DNA of 64,000 nt. Source: the human T2T-CHM13v2.0 reference genome, Homo sapiens. The stretch lies in assembly GCF_009914755.1 (NCBI RefSeq), contig NC_060925.1. One strand, written 5' to 3'. The notes beneath the pieces were generated by a model, which ran no database searches, was not told where the DNA came from, and saw only the letters and a program-made list of their open reading frames with translations. The position numbers and the translations under genes are program-made. Positions 1 through 26,299 of this stretch are shown here, in pieces (position 1 is the first letter of the stretch; every line of letters starts with the position of its first letter).

Positions 1-102
1 TTCACTGTGTTAGCCAGGATGGTCTCAATCTCCTGACCTCGTGATCCACCTGCCTTGGCCTCCCAAAGTGCTGGGATTACAGGCATGAACCACCACACCT
101 GA

Positions 103-351
<249 letters not shown>

Positions 352-981
352 TAGCCTTGACCTCCTTAGCTCAAGTGATCCTCCCACCTCAGCGTCCCGA
401 GTAGCTGGAACTACAGGCACACACCACCACACCTGGCTAATTTTTAATTTTTTTGTAGAGACAAGCTCTTACTATGTTGCCCAAGCTTGTCTTACAACTC
501 CTGAACTCAGCTGATCCTCCTGCCTTGGTCTCCTAAGGTGCTGGGATTACAGATGTGAGCCTAGCCATGTTTTTGTTTTTAATTCCACGTGTTTAACTCT
601 TACACCAAACAATGCAAAGATGAATCAAGAATGTCACATGTGGACAGTCATGGTGGCTTACACCTGTTATCTCAGCACTTTGGGAGACCAAGGCGGGAGG
701 TTCAGTTGAGCCAGGAGTTCAGAACCAGCCTGAGCAACATAGCAAGAACCTGTCTTTAAAAAAACAAACAAAAAATATCACATGCTTTCTCTGAGTCAGT
801 CATAGGAGGAAATAATCCAGTGAGATTAGTATTATTTGTCCCTATTTCTGATAGACAAGCTCTGGGTGGGTGCTTCTGAGAGCAGAGAAAGAGCAAATGA
901 GATGAGGTGGGACTTCTTAGATATGTTGCTTGTTCATATCATATTTTGAGACCCAACTCTATCCCTATACAGACTTCCTTA

Positions 982-1353
<372 letters not shown>

Positions 1354-1445
1354 TCACATCTTTTCTATGGCCCCCATCTTGAGAGTATCCTGCCTTGGGA
1401 CCAGAACGGAAAGCACAGAAGACTTCTCCCAAAGGCAGGAAATAA

Positions 1446-1818
<373 letters not shown>

Positions 1819-1846
1819 GGCCTTGTTCTGTTTTTAAAAGCCTATA

Positions 1847-2180
<334 letters not shown>

Positions 2181-2888
2181 TTATGTGATGGGGCAAGACT
2201 GATTTGGGTAAACGAGTTAGTTAACAAGCACAGCCTAACACTTTCCCCTTGCATCTGAATGTAAGACATCATGTGACAGTGATAATGGAGTAAATCTACA
2301 ATGTTAGTGAACTATAATCCAGAATTAGAAAAATGTCCAAATATGTGAATCTAAAAATGGGGTAGCTTTTTATTTTTAAAAAGTGGATTATTAGATGTAA
2401 TTGTAATTATTTTGGCCATATGTTAATAGAATATATTAAGTTAGCCTTCCCTTATGAATATTAAACTAACTTAATTATAAATGATACCACTATTGGGCCA
2501 GGTGCGGTGGCTCACGCCTGTAATCCCAGCACTTTGGGAGGCCAAACGGGAGGATCACTTGAGGTCAGGAGTTCAAGACCAGCCTGGCCAACATGGTGAA
2601 ACTCCATCTCTACTAAAAATACAAAAATTAGCCGGGCATAGTGGCACACACCTAATAATCCCAGCTACCCGGGAGGCTGAGGCAGGAGAATTGCTTGAAC
2701 CTGGGGAAGGTAAAGGTTGTAGTGAGCCGAGATCATACCACTGCACTCCAGCCTGGACAACAGAGCAAGACTCTGTCTCAAAAATAAATAAATAAATAAA
2801 AATAAATTATGCCACTATTGTTGCTTAACGTTAAAGATTAGTGAATTGTTAAGATTTCTCAAAATATAAAAGTTGTTCATACTAATAA

Positions 2889-3202
<314 letters not shown>

Positions 3203-3631
3203 TAGAGACGGGGTTCCACCATGTTGGCCAGGCTGGTCTTGAACTCCTGACCTCAGATGATCTGCCCGCCTCGGCCTGCCAAAGTGCTGGGATTACAGGT
3301 GTGAGTCACCGTGCCCAGCCTGTCTGTGTACTTTGCATCTCCAAAAGCAGTTTTGTTCCATCGGTGATTTTTTTTTTTTTTTTTTTTTTTTAGACTGAGT
3401 CTTGCTTTTCCACCCAGGATGGAGGCTGGAGTGCATGGTGTGAGCAAAGCTCACTGGAGGCCCAACCTCAGGTGTTCAAGCAATCCTCCTGCCTCAGCCT
3501 CCCATGTAGCTGGGACCACAGGCATGCGCCACCACACCTGGTTAATGTTTGTGTTTTTTGTAGAGATGGGTCTCACTTTGCTGCCTAGGCTGGTCTCGAA
3601 CTCCTGGGCTCAAGTGATCTTCCTGCCTTAG

Positions 3632-3790
<159 letters not shown>

Positions 3791-4398
3791 TGATCCTTCC
3801 CACCTCAGCCTCACAAGTAAATGGGACTACAGGCGCACGCCACCACACTAGGCTAATTTTTTATTTTTATTTATTTATTTATTAGAGATGAGGTATCACT
3901 ATTTTACCAGTCTGGTCTCAAACTCCTGGGTTCAAGTGATCCCCCCGCCTCAACCTCTGAAAGTTGAGATTACAGGCGTGAGCCACTGTGCCTAGGCTCT
4001 GACATATTCTGAAATCCAGGAATATTGGTTCCTGTTTGACTAGAAAGAATAGGTGGTGAGCATAATCTTTACAGTAATGCCTGCCTTTCAAAGTTTATAT
4101 CCTTTCTTTTGCATGGTTACTACTTACTGAACTCACAGTACTCTATACTTTCTATTGCTTGTATGCTGCTTTCTTACAATATGCTTGTAATTTTTACCAT
4201 GAAGTTAGCCTAGAAAAACAGTGATTCCCACAGTATCTTGTAAGGTATTTAAGTTAAGCACTCCTTCCTGGCTCCTCCTCAGCATCGGTAGACATCTTCC
4301 CAAGTTAATTCCCAAGCTACCATTGAGGACAGATCTATAACTATATAAGGCCTTTGTTTATCCAGTAGGCTTTGACTGCCTGAAATGAACTTCTGTGA

Positions 4399-4542
<144 letters not shown>

Positions 4543-4581
4543 TAACTGTGATTACAGGCGCTCGCCACTACACCTAGCTAA

Positions 4582-4749
<168 letters not shown>

Positions 4750-4832
4750 TAAATATATCTGATAAATAATAAAAATCATTTTCAGATTTGCCAATATTCT
4801 TTTAGTTATTGCAATCTGTAGTGTCTTTTTAA

Positions 4833-5144
<312 letters not shown>

Positions 5145-5288
5145 TAGTAATTATTAATAAATAATATTATTTGACTTTAATTTATAACCTTGATTCATTT
5201 TCAAATTAAACCGACTTTTAAAAGTCAAAACAATCTAAACTTGTTGCAAAGAACTGTTTTTCAGTATTTTTGTATAAAAGGAAGGCTA

Positions 5289-5492
<204 letters not shown>

Positions 5493-5495
5493 TTA

Positions 5496-5621
<126 letters not shown>

Positions 5622-6417
5622 TTAAAAGATACATGTCTTTTTTTAGATTATTTAGTAAATGAATATATGTATGTTTACATCAATATATATTGAGCACCTA
5701 CTGCAAAACATGGTACATAGGAGGCACTTGGTCAATATAGAGTTTAATACATTTACAAGACTGCTTTTATTAGAATATAGAATGTTTTACTTAGCCCTGT
5801 TTTGTAAAAACAAGTTTTCATTACATTTTTCACATGAAATAGAAGTGATTGTAAATGCTTTAAGACTCAATAATAAAAAAGCACAAATAATCTGAGCCAA
5901 CTAAGTATTCCATCAAAAAGCCTCATGTAGGACCAGTGGTGCTATTTACATAGACCATAGAGTGACTAATGCCTCTGGGATTTGTAAGTCATACAAACTG
6001 GCTTGTTACAGAAATTTCTGCAATAGTAGCTTGGGCACCAACCTAGCGCTCCATTGATGTTAAGGTTTATGAATCCTGGAAGAGTTTGAAATAGATGCCC
6101 ATTAGGAGATTCAATCAGAATCTCTTTTCTTCATGAGTAATTTCACAGAAAAATTTGCTCATAATTTTAAACAAATTCTTTAAAAGGACTGGGAAATTGT
6201 GTACAAAGGTAAAAGACATAAAATGTTGGAGAAGTGTAAATTTTCAGTGTAATGTTGTAATTATAAATACGATACTAAAGAACCTGGCTATTCCTAAGCC
6301 CTAATAAAAATTACTTCAGTACCTACCAATTCCTTAAGCTATTAGATGCTTGCATTATTTCTTTAAACAGTATTACTAAACAGTACTTTCTGATGATTGA
6401 TTTTGCCTTGTTTATAA

Positions 6418-6588
<171 letters not shown>

Positions 6589-6754
6589 TGATGTTAAGAT
6601 ATTTGACATAAATATTGTTTTGTCATACTTGATAAATCTGTCTATATGCTAAATTTTCTTTTTGTTTCTTATATGAAATAAGCAAATATAGTTTATGATG
6701 CTATTTTATAGGTTATAGTATATAAGATCTTGAATTTATGCTCTATTTTAACAG

Positions 6755-6798
6755 ATACAGTTTCTTCAGTAACAGCAACAGCAGATGTCATTGTGGAT
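6755..6798 (+). CDS. ZMYM1: ZMYM1 short penultimate coding exon
   Basis: Acceptor ttttaacAG ends at 6754 and donor GTAAGT starts at 6799. 44 nt converts phase 1 to phase 0: (D)[14 protein letters not shown]. Confidence 0.85.
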
Positions 6799-6809
6799 GT
6801 AAGTTTTAA

Positions 6810-7082
<273 letters not shown>

Positions 7083-7149
7083 TGATCCGCCCACCTTGGC
7101 CTCCCAAAGTGCTGGGATTACAGGCATGAGCCACCACACCTGGCCCAGA

Positions 7150-7330
7150 TTTTTTATATATATATATAATATATACTATAATATATAAAAATATAAATAT
7201 ATAATATAAATATATTATAATATATTGTATATAATATAAATATATTATAATGTATATTTATTATATATTATATTTATATATTTAATATATATTTTATGTA
7301 TTATGTATTCATATATGGGGTGTGTGTGTA
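7150..7330. repeat. AT-rich low-complexity (TA)n tract
   Basis: Degenerate TATAT/TATAA repeats directly after an Alu. Confidence 0.9.
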
Positions 7331-7617
7331 TGTTTGTAGATTGTTTAAACAGAAGTATTTTTTTCCTCTGGGTTCTTCTTTTAAAAAAATACTACACAAT
7401 TTGAGTCATCTGAGCAATAAAAATTATTTTTATGACAATTACATACCAAAAGGTCCTTCAAACATTTAATGCTGAATCTAGATTGCAAATAAATAAGTTA
7501 TACGTAATTGTTAACGTTTCCCCCTAGTGGAGCTCATACTGTAACTCAGCCATTTATTTTACTATGTTATTAGAGTAGATATATTTGATATTTTAATTAA
7601 TTTTTGAAAACTGTTAA

Positions 7618-9927
<2,310 letters not shown>

Positions 9928-10530
9928 TACATGCTCATTTGAACTTACCTAAAAGACTTGTATTTCCATTGGGATGTTTTCATTTCAAAATTGTTCAAAA
10001 TTCAAAAGACACAGAACGATAAACAGTGAAGTCTCCTTCCCTCCTTTAGAACTCATTTTCTCTTCCCAAAAAGTGTTATCTTTTCCTTAAATATCCCTCT
10101 AGAGGTATTTTTCCTAAGTGGTATTGTACGGTGTATACTGTTCTTCAGCTTGTCTTCTCTGTGTAACATATTTTTGAGATTGTCCCATGTCGTTACATGA
10201 AGAGTTTCTTGATTCTTGGTCTATAATTGCAGATGTTATTGTATGAATGTACCATAATATATTTGAGCAGTCCCTGCTGACATTTTTTTCCTAACCTTTT
10301 GCTATTATAAATAATGATTCATTTTATAACCTTTTATATAGGTCACATTGCACATGAGTGAGTTTACTGTAAGCTGGAAATCTAAAGTTAGAATTACTAG
10401 GTTAAGATATGTGCATTTTTACTTTTGATAGATATTGGCAAGTTGCCATCTATAAGGATTGTGCCAGTTTACAGTCCCACCCACAATGCATGAGAGTGCC
10501 TATTAAATCTTTGTAAGTGTTATCAAATGT
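9928..10530 (+). other. ZMYM1: ZMYM1 3' UTR (approximate end), largely an old antisense L1M-like fragment
   Basis: Follows the stop codon. About 10100-10600 resembles the reverse complement of an old L1 3' end. The end is inferred from ATTAAA at 10502. Confidence 0.55.
10502..10507 (+). terminator. Candidate poly(A) signal ATTAAA (alternative AATAAA at 11042-11047)
   Basis: Hexamer followed by GT/T-rich sequence about 575 nt after the stop codon. Confidence 0.5.
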
Positions 10531-11144
10531 TTTGATCTTTCCTAATCTCTTACTTTAAAAATGGCGTTTTAATCTCAGTAGAATTTTGTATATTCACTTA
10601 AGAATAAGGTTGGGGACTGGGCGTGGTGGTTCACACCTATAATCTCAGCCCTTTGAGGGCCTACACAGGAAGGAAGATCGCTTGAGGCCACGAGTTCAAG
10701 ATGAGGTTGGCAACATAGTAAGACCTCATCACTACAATTTTTTTTTTTTTAAATTAGTGAAGTGTGGTACTGCACACCCGAAGTCCCAGCTACTTGGGAG
10801 GCTGAGGCAGGAGGATTGCTTAAGCCCAGAAATTTGAGGCTGCAGTGAGCCATGATTGCACCACTATGCTCCAGAGTCTAGGCAACAGAGTGAGACCTTA
10901 TCTCTTTAAAACAAACAAGAATGAAGTTAGGTATCTGTTTATTTGTTTGAGCCATTTGTATTTCCTTTTTTGTAGACTGTCCTGTTTAAACGTTAAAATC
11001 ACTGCTGTGGTTTTGATTTATACATCTCAGCTGGATGGCACAATAAATTATTAAGCCATGTTATGAAAATATAACTATATTTAAGTAACCTGCAAAGAAA
11101 AGACTATTTCTTTATACTTCAAAAAAGTTTTGTTTTTGTTTTGA

Positions 11145-11405
<261 letters not shown>

Positions 11406-11478
11406 TAAGCCACCACGCCCAGCCAGAAAAGTTTAAATAACAAAGAAAATGTGATATTCAAAGATTTGAAAGAATTAA

Positions 11479-11800
<322 letters not shown>

Positions 11801-11942
11801 TTTTTTTTTTTTTTAAAGACTATTTCTCTGGCACTTTTCTCCAGCTGTTTCTCCCTTACCCTCTCATCAATTTTGATAACTTGTACTTTTTCTAGGAGAA
11901 CATCTATTTCATTGAGGCTTTCTTTCAAATGCATTTGCCTAG

Positions 11943-12292
<350 letters not shown>

Positions 12293-12294
12293 TA

Positions 12295-12687
<393 letters not shown>

Positions 12688-12804
12688 TCACAAGGTCAAG
12701 AATTCAAGACCAGCCTGGCCAACATGGTGAAACCCCATCTCTACTAAAAATACAAAAAAAATGAGCCAGGTGTGGTGGTGGGTGCCTGTAATTCCAGCTA
12801 CTCA

Positions 12805-12909
<105 letters not shown>

Positions 12910-13113
12910 TCAAAAAAAAAAAAAAAAAAGAAAATAGAAGTTAACTCTAGTATTGAATGTGTGTTGCATATATTTTCATTCTTTTAATGGAAGTGCTTAA
13001 GGCTATGAACTTTCCTCTAAAGTCAGCTTGGTCAACCATGTGTTTTTTCATTTTCATCATTTTCTAGCTGTTTTTAGTTGTAGTTTCTATCTTGTCATAA
13101 AATCAAGAAGTTG

Positions 13114-13441
<328 letters not shown>

Positions 13442-13489
13442 CTATTATACAGCCAATAATGTAAAAAATAAACTTACATTAAGTATAAC

Positions 13490-13720
13490 AGCTATCTTGG
13501 TTGAATGCCTATTAGCCTATTAAGTAACCTAGTACTTCCCTCAGTGTTTTACATATATTATTTCATTTAGTTCTCATAACAACCTATTATTTTACAGAAG
13601 AAACTAAAAAAACACATTATGGATTACACAACTAATAGGGGTGAAACTGGATTTGTACCCAGGTAGTCTGACTCCAAAGCCCATGCTGTCAATCACCATG
13701 CTCTACTACCTCTTAGACAA
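13490..13720 (+). mobile_element. MIR fragment
   Basis: MIR core-like ATTATTTTACAGAAGAAACT...GGATTTGTACCCAGGTAGTCTGACTCCAAAGCCCATGCT. Confidence 0.7.
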
Positions 13721-14405
13721 CCATTATCACTTATAAATATTCCTAAATAAAAGATTATCAGAAGTCCATTAAAAAATAGATGGCTGGGCATGGTGGCTCA
13801 CACCTGTAATCCCAATACTTTGGGAGGCCGAGGCAGGTGGATCACCTGAGGCCACGAGTTCAAGACCAGTCTGACCAATATGGTGAGACCCCATCTCTAC
13901 TAAAAATACAAAAAAATGAGCCAGGCATGGTGGTGCACACCTGTATTCCCAGCTACTTGGGAGGCTGAGACGGGAATCGCTTGAACGTGAGAGGCAGAGG
14001 TTGCAGTGAGCCAAGATTGCGCTACTGCACTCCAGCCTAGGCAACAGAGTGAGACTCTGTCACAGAAAAAAAAAAAAGTCAGAAATAGTTGTGTCATTTT
14101 TGTTAATCTCCCCAAATCCCTTCATAAAAACAGCAACTAGGAGAGTTAAAGCAGAAATCCATGCACAGCATCTACTGCTAATCTTTGTGACAAGGTATCT
14201 CCACAATCCCAAAATATGATCAGATAGTGACAAAAGCAGCTATAAGATCTGCTTGGGACATCTGTGTGGAAAGCCGTGGAGGAAAGGCAATGGGACATCT
14301 GATGGCATTAAGAATAGGAGAGCCCTCAAGTCAACATGTTTTCACTGGAAAGCATGGTAGGCCAAAAATAAAATTTAAAAAATTGGAACCAGGTGTGGTA
14401 CCTCA

Positions 14406-14761
<356 letters not shown>

Positions 14762-15165
14762 CTAAGTTCTGAAGATGTAGTGGTCTAGGTTCTCATGAAC
14801 TCTTGAAACTAACAAATTTGAGCTTCATTCCAAAACAAAACCCCTCTGAGGTTGTAGATTCCAAATTGAGCAGGACAGTGACAATAAGAGGTAAAAGAAA
14901 GAAAAGGTATAGACAGAAGTGAGAGAGAAGCAGAGGAAACATCTCAAAGTATTAGGCTATTTTAGTCACTTTCTGAAAATAATAGAACTTCATGAGCCTT
15001 GAGGCTAGAAAAGCTATTCTGTCGTGTCTCTCCCAATAAGTACAGGAAAATGCATTTCACGTGAAAGTAAGCAACAGAAAAAGATTATGAAATATAATAC
15101 AAAATTGCATAGAAAACAGCAAAGTAAATCCCTACCAAACAGGTGAAAATTAACATGATGTTTCA

Positions 15166-15579
<414 letters not shown>

Positions 15580-15939
15580 CTATCGGTTGGCTGAGCAGCC
15601 GTCGCCCGCCGCACGGCGACCCCCAGGCCCAGACAGCGGGGCGGAGGTCTCGTAGGCGCGGGACTGGCTTCTCTCAGGATGAGCCCTTAGAGCCGGGCTC
15701 CGGATCTTTCTCAGCCTCGGGCCCCTTTCACTTTCAGGACAGAGGCCAGAGAACGGTGATCATCACACACCCCAGCCGGCTTCCTGGCCTGGGCATTTTC
15801 TCCGCGGCCAAGCAGTGTTGGGGTTGTAGCTGCTGGGAGCTCCCTCCTGCCGCCACCTCTTCTGCTAGGAAGGGACTGACGCGTTCCCACGTTCTTGCTC
15901 TGCACCTCCCCACTCTTCCCACTCAAGAATAAGTTTCTC

Positions 15940-16356
<417 letters not shown>

Positions 16357-17160
16357 CTACTCATCAGGGCTGAGAATCCTTCATTTTTGACTTGGCTTTT
16401 TTCGCCCTTTGGGAGATAAAGGTCCCTTTCCACCCTCTTTACTAACGCTCTGCCCACCAGCCCTTATCCTTGGGGTCATCAGCTCCTTGGCCATTTCTAT
16501 GTGACTTCCCCCACCCATCTGAGTTCCAGCTTCCTCTGGGCTCCAATCTCCAGTCCCTGGCGGAGTGACTAGGGGGCTCTGGCCCAGGATCCCCAACCCT
16601 GGAAGGCAGCTCTAACGCAGGAAGAGAATTGGGCGTCGGGTGCGCACCTGGCAGCTCAGGAGTCGGGGCTCCACTCACCCCACACAAGAAGATGAAAATG
16701 CCCAAAGAGCTCAATGTATTGATTGGTTTGGCTGGGGACAGCCAGAGAAAGAAGCCCAAGCAGTCACCGCCTGCTTCGCCCTGAGCCTCCTGACTTAGAC
16801 TCTGAGTCCAGCTCCAAGGAGGAAGAGGAATTCGGTGTGGTTGGAAATCGCTCTCGCTTTGCCAAGGGAGGCTATTGACGATGCTGCAAGATCTGCTATC
16901 CGCTCTGTGGTTTTGTCACCCTCTCTGCCTGTGTTGTGGCCTGTGTTGGCTTGGTGTGGATGCAGGTTGCTCTCAAGGAGGATCTGGATGCCCTCAAGGA
17001 AAAATTTCGAACAATGGAATCTAATCAGAAAAGCTCATTCCAGGAAATCCCCAAACTTAATGAAGAACTATTCAGCAAGCAAAAAAAACTTGAGAAGATT
17101 GAATCTGGAGAGATGAGTTTGAACAAAGTCTGGATAAACATCACGGAAATGAATAAGCAG

Positions 17161-17472
17161 TGCAGGGTCGGGTCATGAGTGGCCAGAGCCTATCCTGGCA
17201 GCGTAGAGTGCAAAGCGGGAACCAATCCTGGACAGGAAGCCATCCCATCGCAGGGCTTACTCATACACACGCTCACACTCAGACTGGGACCATTTACGCA
17301 TGCCAACTAACCAAACATGCACAGTTTTGTGATGTGGGAGTACCTGGAGAAAACCCACGCCAACATGGGGAGAACATGCAAACAGACAGTGGCCCGGCCA
17401 GGAGTCAGATTTTTTTCTCCTCAATGTTATAACCAAATGACGTTGAACAAAACATTATTCAAGGACCTGCTG
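17161..17472 (-). mobile_element. MER6 DNA-transposon fragment (TcMar-Tigger group)
   Basis: Ends in TGACGTTGAACAAAACATTATTCAAGGACCTGCTG followed by TA, the reverse complement of the MER6 terminus as I recall it. Confidence 0.7.
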
Positions 17473-17902
17473 TAAATAGGAAAGTTTACTTCTGTCCTAG
17501 GGCTTCATCTATGAAGCTGGAAGAGATGCACTGAAACCCTTTCCATTTCAGCATCAACATGCCTTCAAAGATTCTGGGACTGACTTATGAAGCCAGCCTG
17601 ATAACAGAGGATTTCTCTGCGAGCACAGGTCCAGAAGCATGGGTGGTGGGAAAGCAGAAACTTGTGTTGTTTCCTAAGGGAGCTCTCTGAGTGGTTTTCT
17701 AAAATTAATGTTACACATCTCTGATGGTCTATTCAAGTCAGAGGCATCTGTCCTAAACCAAAATAGGTAGAAAAATAAAAGTATCTGGGCATGGTGGCTC
17801 ACGCCTGTAATCCCAGCACTTTGGCAGGCCGAGGTGGGCAGATCACCCAAGGTCAGGAGTTTGAGACCAGCCTGGCCAACAGGGCAAAACCCTCATCTAC
17901 TA

Positions 17903-18067
<165 letters not shown>

Positions 18068-18335
18068 TTAAAAAAATTAATTCATTAATTAAAACATAAA
18101 AGTAATATTTAACCATAAAAAAAAATTTTTTTAAATTGTCCATTTCTCCATCTCAAAAAAATAAAAAATTCTAATTTTCCTTTTGATTCCTCCTTTATGA
18201 GTTATTTAAATGTATATTGATTATGAAGGGATACTGAAATCTCCAAACTTAATTATGAACTTCTCTATTTTTCCTGCAGTTCTAGCAGTTTTGGCTTTGT
18301 GTATTTTGAATCTTTATTAAGTGTGCAGTGTTTAG

Positions 18336-18473
<138 letters not shown>

Positions 18474-19474
18474 TGAGTAGCTGGGATTACAGGCACGCAC
18501 CGTCACGCCCAGCTAAATTTTGTATTTTTAGTAGAGATGGGGTTTCACCATGTTGGCTAGGTTGGTCTCGAACTCCTGACCTCAGGTGATCCACCCACCC
18601 ACCTCAGCCTCCCAAATGCTGGGATAACAGGCGTGAGCCACTGCGCCCAGCCAACATTATTATTATTATTTGGAGACAGGGTCTTGCTCTATCACCCAGC
18701 CTGGAGTACAGAGGCATGATCATGGCTCACTGCAGCCTCAACCTTCTGGACTCAAGTGATCCTCCCTTCTCAGCCTCCTATCTAGGTCTATAGGCATGTG
18801 CCACCATGCCTGGCTAATTTTTAAACTTTTGTAAAGACGGGGTCTCACTGGGTTGCATCGGCTAGCCTCAAAGTCCTGGCCTCACGTAATCCTCCCACCT
18901 TGGCCTCCCAAAACATGGGATTATAGGTATGAGCCACTGTCCCCTATTATAAGGGTACACACCTAATTATTATATTATCAAAATATAAGCCTATTTTAAT
19001 TTATGTCTATTTTTATATTTAAGGTGGCCTTTATGTAGGTGGCATATGATTGGGTCTTTTTTTATTCAGTATGATCTGACAATCTTTGGTTTTTCATTGG
19101 GGTATTTAGACCATTTATATCTAATGTGGCCAGGCATGGTGGCTCATGCCTGTAATCCCAGGACTTCAGGAGGCCAAGGTGGGCAGATCCCTTGAGCTCA
19201 GGAGTTCAAGACTGTCCTGGGCAACATAGTGAGATCTAGTCTCTGCAAAAAAAATAAGCAAAAAATTATCTGGGTGTGGTGGCATGCACTGTAGTCCCAC
19301 CTACTTGGGAGGCTAAGGTGGGAGGGTCGCTTGAGCTTGGGAGGTCAAGGCTGCAGTGAGCCAAGATTGTGTCACTGCACTCCAGTCTGGGTGACAGAGC
19401 AAGATGCTGTCCCAAAAAAAAAAATGTGGTTATTAATATGATCAAGTTCAAATCTACCATCTTTTTTTTTTTGA

Positions 19475-19609
<135 letters not shown>

Positions 19610-19786
19610 TAGTAGAGATGGGGTTTCACTATGTTGGCCAGTCTGGACTTGAACTCCTGACCTCAGGTGATCTGCCTGCCTCAGCCTCCCAAAGTGCGAG
19701 ATTACAGGCGTAAGCCACTGCACCTGGCTCAAATCTACCATTTTACTATTTGTTTTCTATTCGACCAATGTGTCTTTGTTCCCCTT

Positions 19787-19819
<33 letters not shown>

Positions 19820-19895
19820 TTTTTTCCTTTCTGGCCGGGCACGATGGCTCAAGCCTGTAATCCCAGCACTTTCGGAGGCTGAGGCGGGTGGATCA

Positions 19896-20186
<291 letters not shown>

Positions 20187-20455
20187 TTATAAGTGGTTGC
20201 TTTCAGGTATGTAGTATACATATTCACCTTCAATTGATATTACACTACTTCACGTATAGGATGAGACTCCTGTACCAATATACTTCCACTTCTGCCGTCC
20301 CAACTTTTGAACTCATCATACAATACTTCTACATATGTTATAACTCCCATAACTCATTTTTTTTGCTTTAAGCAATTATCTTTTAAAGACATGTAAATAA
20401 TTTTTTAAATAGTCTTTTATGTTAACCCTCATAGTTACTTTTTTTTTTAAATTGA

Positions 20456-20719
<264 letters not shown>

Positions 20720-21012
20720 TGAGTAACTAGGATTACAATCATGAGCTACCACGCTCAGCTACTTTGTGTATTTTTAGTAGAGACAGAGTTTTGCCATATT
20801 GGTCAGGCTGGTCTTGAACTCCTGACCTCAGGTTATCTGCCCGCCTCGGCCTCCCAAAGTGCTAGGAATACAGGCTTGAGCCACTGCAAATGGCCTGCAT
20901 TTTGTTTTGAAAGATATTTTTGCTGGGTATAGAATTAGAGGTTAATAGTTGTTTTCTTTTCTTTCAGTACTTTGAAGGAGTTTACTACCTCTGCTTGCAT
21001 TATTTTCTTTAA

Positions 21013-21270
<258 letters not shown>

Positions 21271-21569
21271 TAGTAGAGACAGGGTTTCACCATGTTGGCC
21301 AGACTGGTCTTGAGCTCCTGACCTCAGATGATCCATCTGGCTGCTTATTAAAAAAATACCGTTTCCATTCACAGTATGTAAAAGAAGAACTGAAATGTCC
21401 TGGGGAAGTAGATGCTTCAAATCTCCCTGTCCACTGGTTCCAGGGCCTGGGGAAGTTCTTTCTTTGTTTAAATCTCAGCTCTTCCTGTTGCCTATGATAT
21501 TCCTTATTGTTCAGTCCTCTAAGGAGGCTGTACAGCAGTTCTGTATCCCCTTTTCTTTGTTTAATATAA

Positions 21570-21821
<252 letters not shown>

Positions 21822-21902
21822 TGAACTCCTGACCTCAAGTGATCCACCCTGCTAGACCTCCCAAAGTGCTGGGATTACAGGCATGAGCCACTGCACCTGG
21901 CC

Positions 21903-24781
<2,879 letters not shown>

Positions 24782-25251
24782 CGTGAACCCTGAAAATCTG
24801 AGACAGATCTCAGTTAATTTTGAAAGTTTATTTTGCCAAAGTTGAGGACGCATGCCTGTGACACAGCCTCAGAAAGTCCTGATGACATGTGCCCAAGGTG
24901 GTCAGAGCACAGCTTGGTTTTATACATTTTAGAGAGACATGAGACAGCAATCAACATATGTAAAATGAATATTGGTTTGGGTCAGAAAGGTGCGACAACT
25001 CGAAGCAAAAGCAGGACAACTCGATGTGGGGAGGGGCCTTCCAGGTCATAGGTAGATAAGAGACAAATGGTTGCATTCCTTTGAGTTTCTGATCAGCCTC
25101 TCCAAAAGAGGCAGTTAGATATGCATTTATCTCAGTGAGCAGAGGGGTGACTTTGAATAGAATGGGAGGCAGGTTTGCCCTCAGCAGCTCCCAGCTTGAC
25201 TTTTCCCTGTAGCTCAGTGATTTTGGGGACCCAAGATATTTTCCTTCCACA
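24782..25251 (-). mobile_element. MER4A1-type 5' LTR
   Basis: The - strand begins TGTGGAAGGAAAATATCTTGGGTCCCCAAAATCACTGAGCTACAGGGAAAAGTCAAGCTGGG and contains AATAAA near the U5 end. Confidence 0.85.
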
Positions 25252-25469
25252 CCCTGTTAACACTGAGCTGAGAGAGGTTCCGGCACCCACCATGGTTATT
25301 CCAAATTCCCAACACCCACAAACATATGAGCTCTCTCCTATAACTCTTCACACTCTGTATACATCACAATTATAACATTAGCACGTTGTATTGTAATTAT
25401 TTGCATGTATGCCTGCCCTCTAATCTCCTTAAGGTGTTGGGGGAGCTCTTCTTTTATTGAGTGTTTTTT

Positions 25470-25655
25470 TTTTTTAACTTGCCACTTTAACCATTTGAAG
25501 TATACAGTTCAGTGGCATTAATTACATTCACAATATTATCCAACCATCACTTCAATCCATTTACACATTTTTTTATCACCCCAAACAGAAATCTCCCATT
25601 CATACCTACCGCAACATCTGATAATGTCTTGTCTTTCTGTCTCTATGAATTTGTC
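25470..25655 (-). mobile_element. Old L1M 3' end fragment hosting the Harlequin insertion (resumes at 45025)
   Basis: ...CTCTATGAATTTGTC joined to GTCTGTCCGAGAGATCTCATGTAAGTGGAGTCATACAATATG reconstitutes a continuous antisense L1 3' sequence across the provirus. Confidence 0.7.
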
Positions 25656-26113
25656 TGTAGCAGGACGAGCCGCAAACAAAACTCCTCAGACACCGAGTTA
25701 AAGAAGGAAGGGGTTTATTCGGCCAGGGGCATCAGCAAGACTCCTGTATCAAGAGACAAGCTCCCCAAGTGAGCAATTCCTGTCCCTTTTAAGAGCTCAC
25801 AACTCTAAGGGGGTGCATGTGAGAGGGTCGTGATCGATTGAGCAAGCAGGGGGTACAAGACTGGGGGCTGCATGCACCAGTAATTAGATGGGAACAAAAC
25901 AGGATAGGGATTTTCACAGTGCTTTTCTATACAATGTAATCTATAGATAACATAACCGATTAGGTCAGGGGTCGATCTTTAACTACCAAGCCCAGGGTTT
26001 GGCGCCGGGCTGTCTGCTTGTGGATTTCATTTCTGCCTTTTAGTTTTTACTTTTTCTTTCTTTGGAGGCAGAAATTGGGCATAAGACAATATGAGGGGTG
26101 GTCTCCTCCCTTA
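25656..26113 (-). mobile_element. LTR2, 3' LTR of the Harlequin provirus
   Basis: The - strand reads TAAGGGAGGAGACCACCCCTCATATTGTC...GCGGCTCGTCCTGCTACA. AATAAA at 25714-25719; preceded by polypurine tract AAAGGGGGAAA. Confidence 0.92.
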
Positions 26114-26299
26114 TTTCCCCCCTTTGAGACTCTCACTCAACAGTGGGAGTTCTCACTTTCATTTTTACTACCTATGTCTTCTTGCAAGACAGATTGATAG
26201 TGATTCATATAGTACACTTGTGCTGAAGCATTTTGGTGAACTAAGGTAGCAATGAAGCTTTTTATCATTTGAAGAAGTACAGGTAGCAAACAAGGGAGC

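Noticed and set aside
16936-17178. 80-aa EFCAB14-like ORF as a functional gene
   Set aside because: An upstream frameshift and an in-frame TGA (about 16876) separate it from the true start, so it is a pseudogene.
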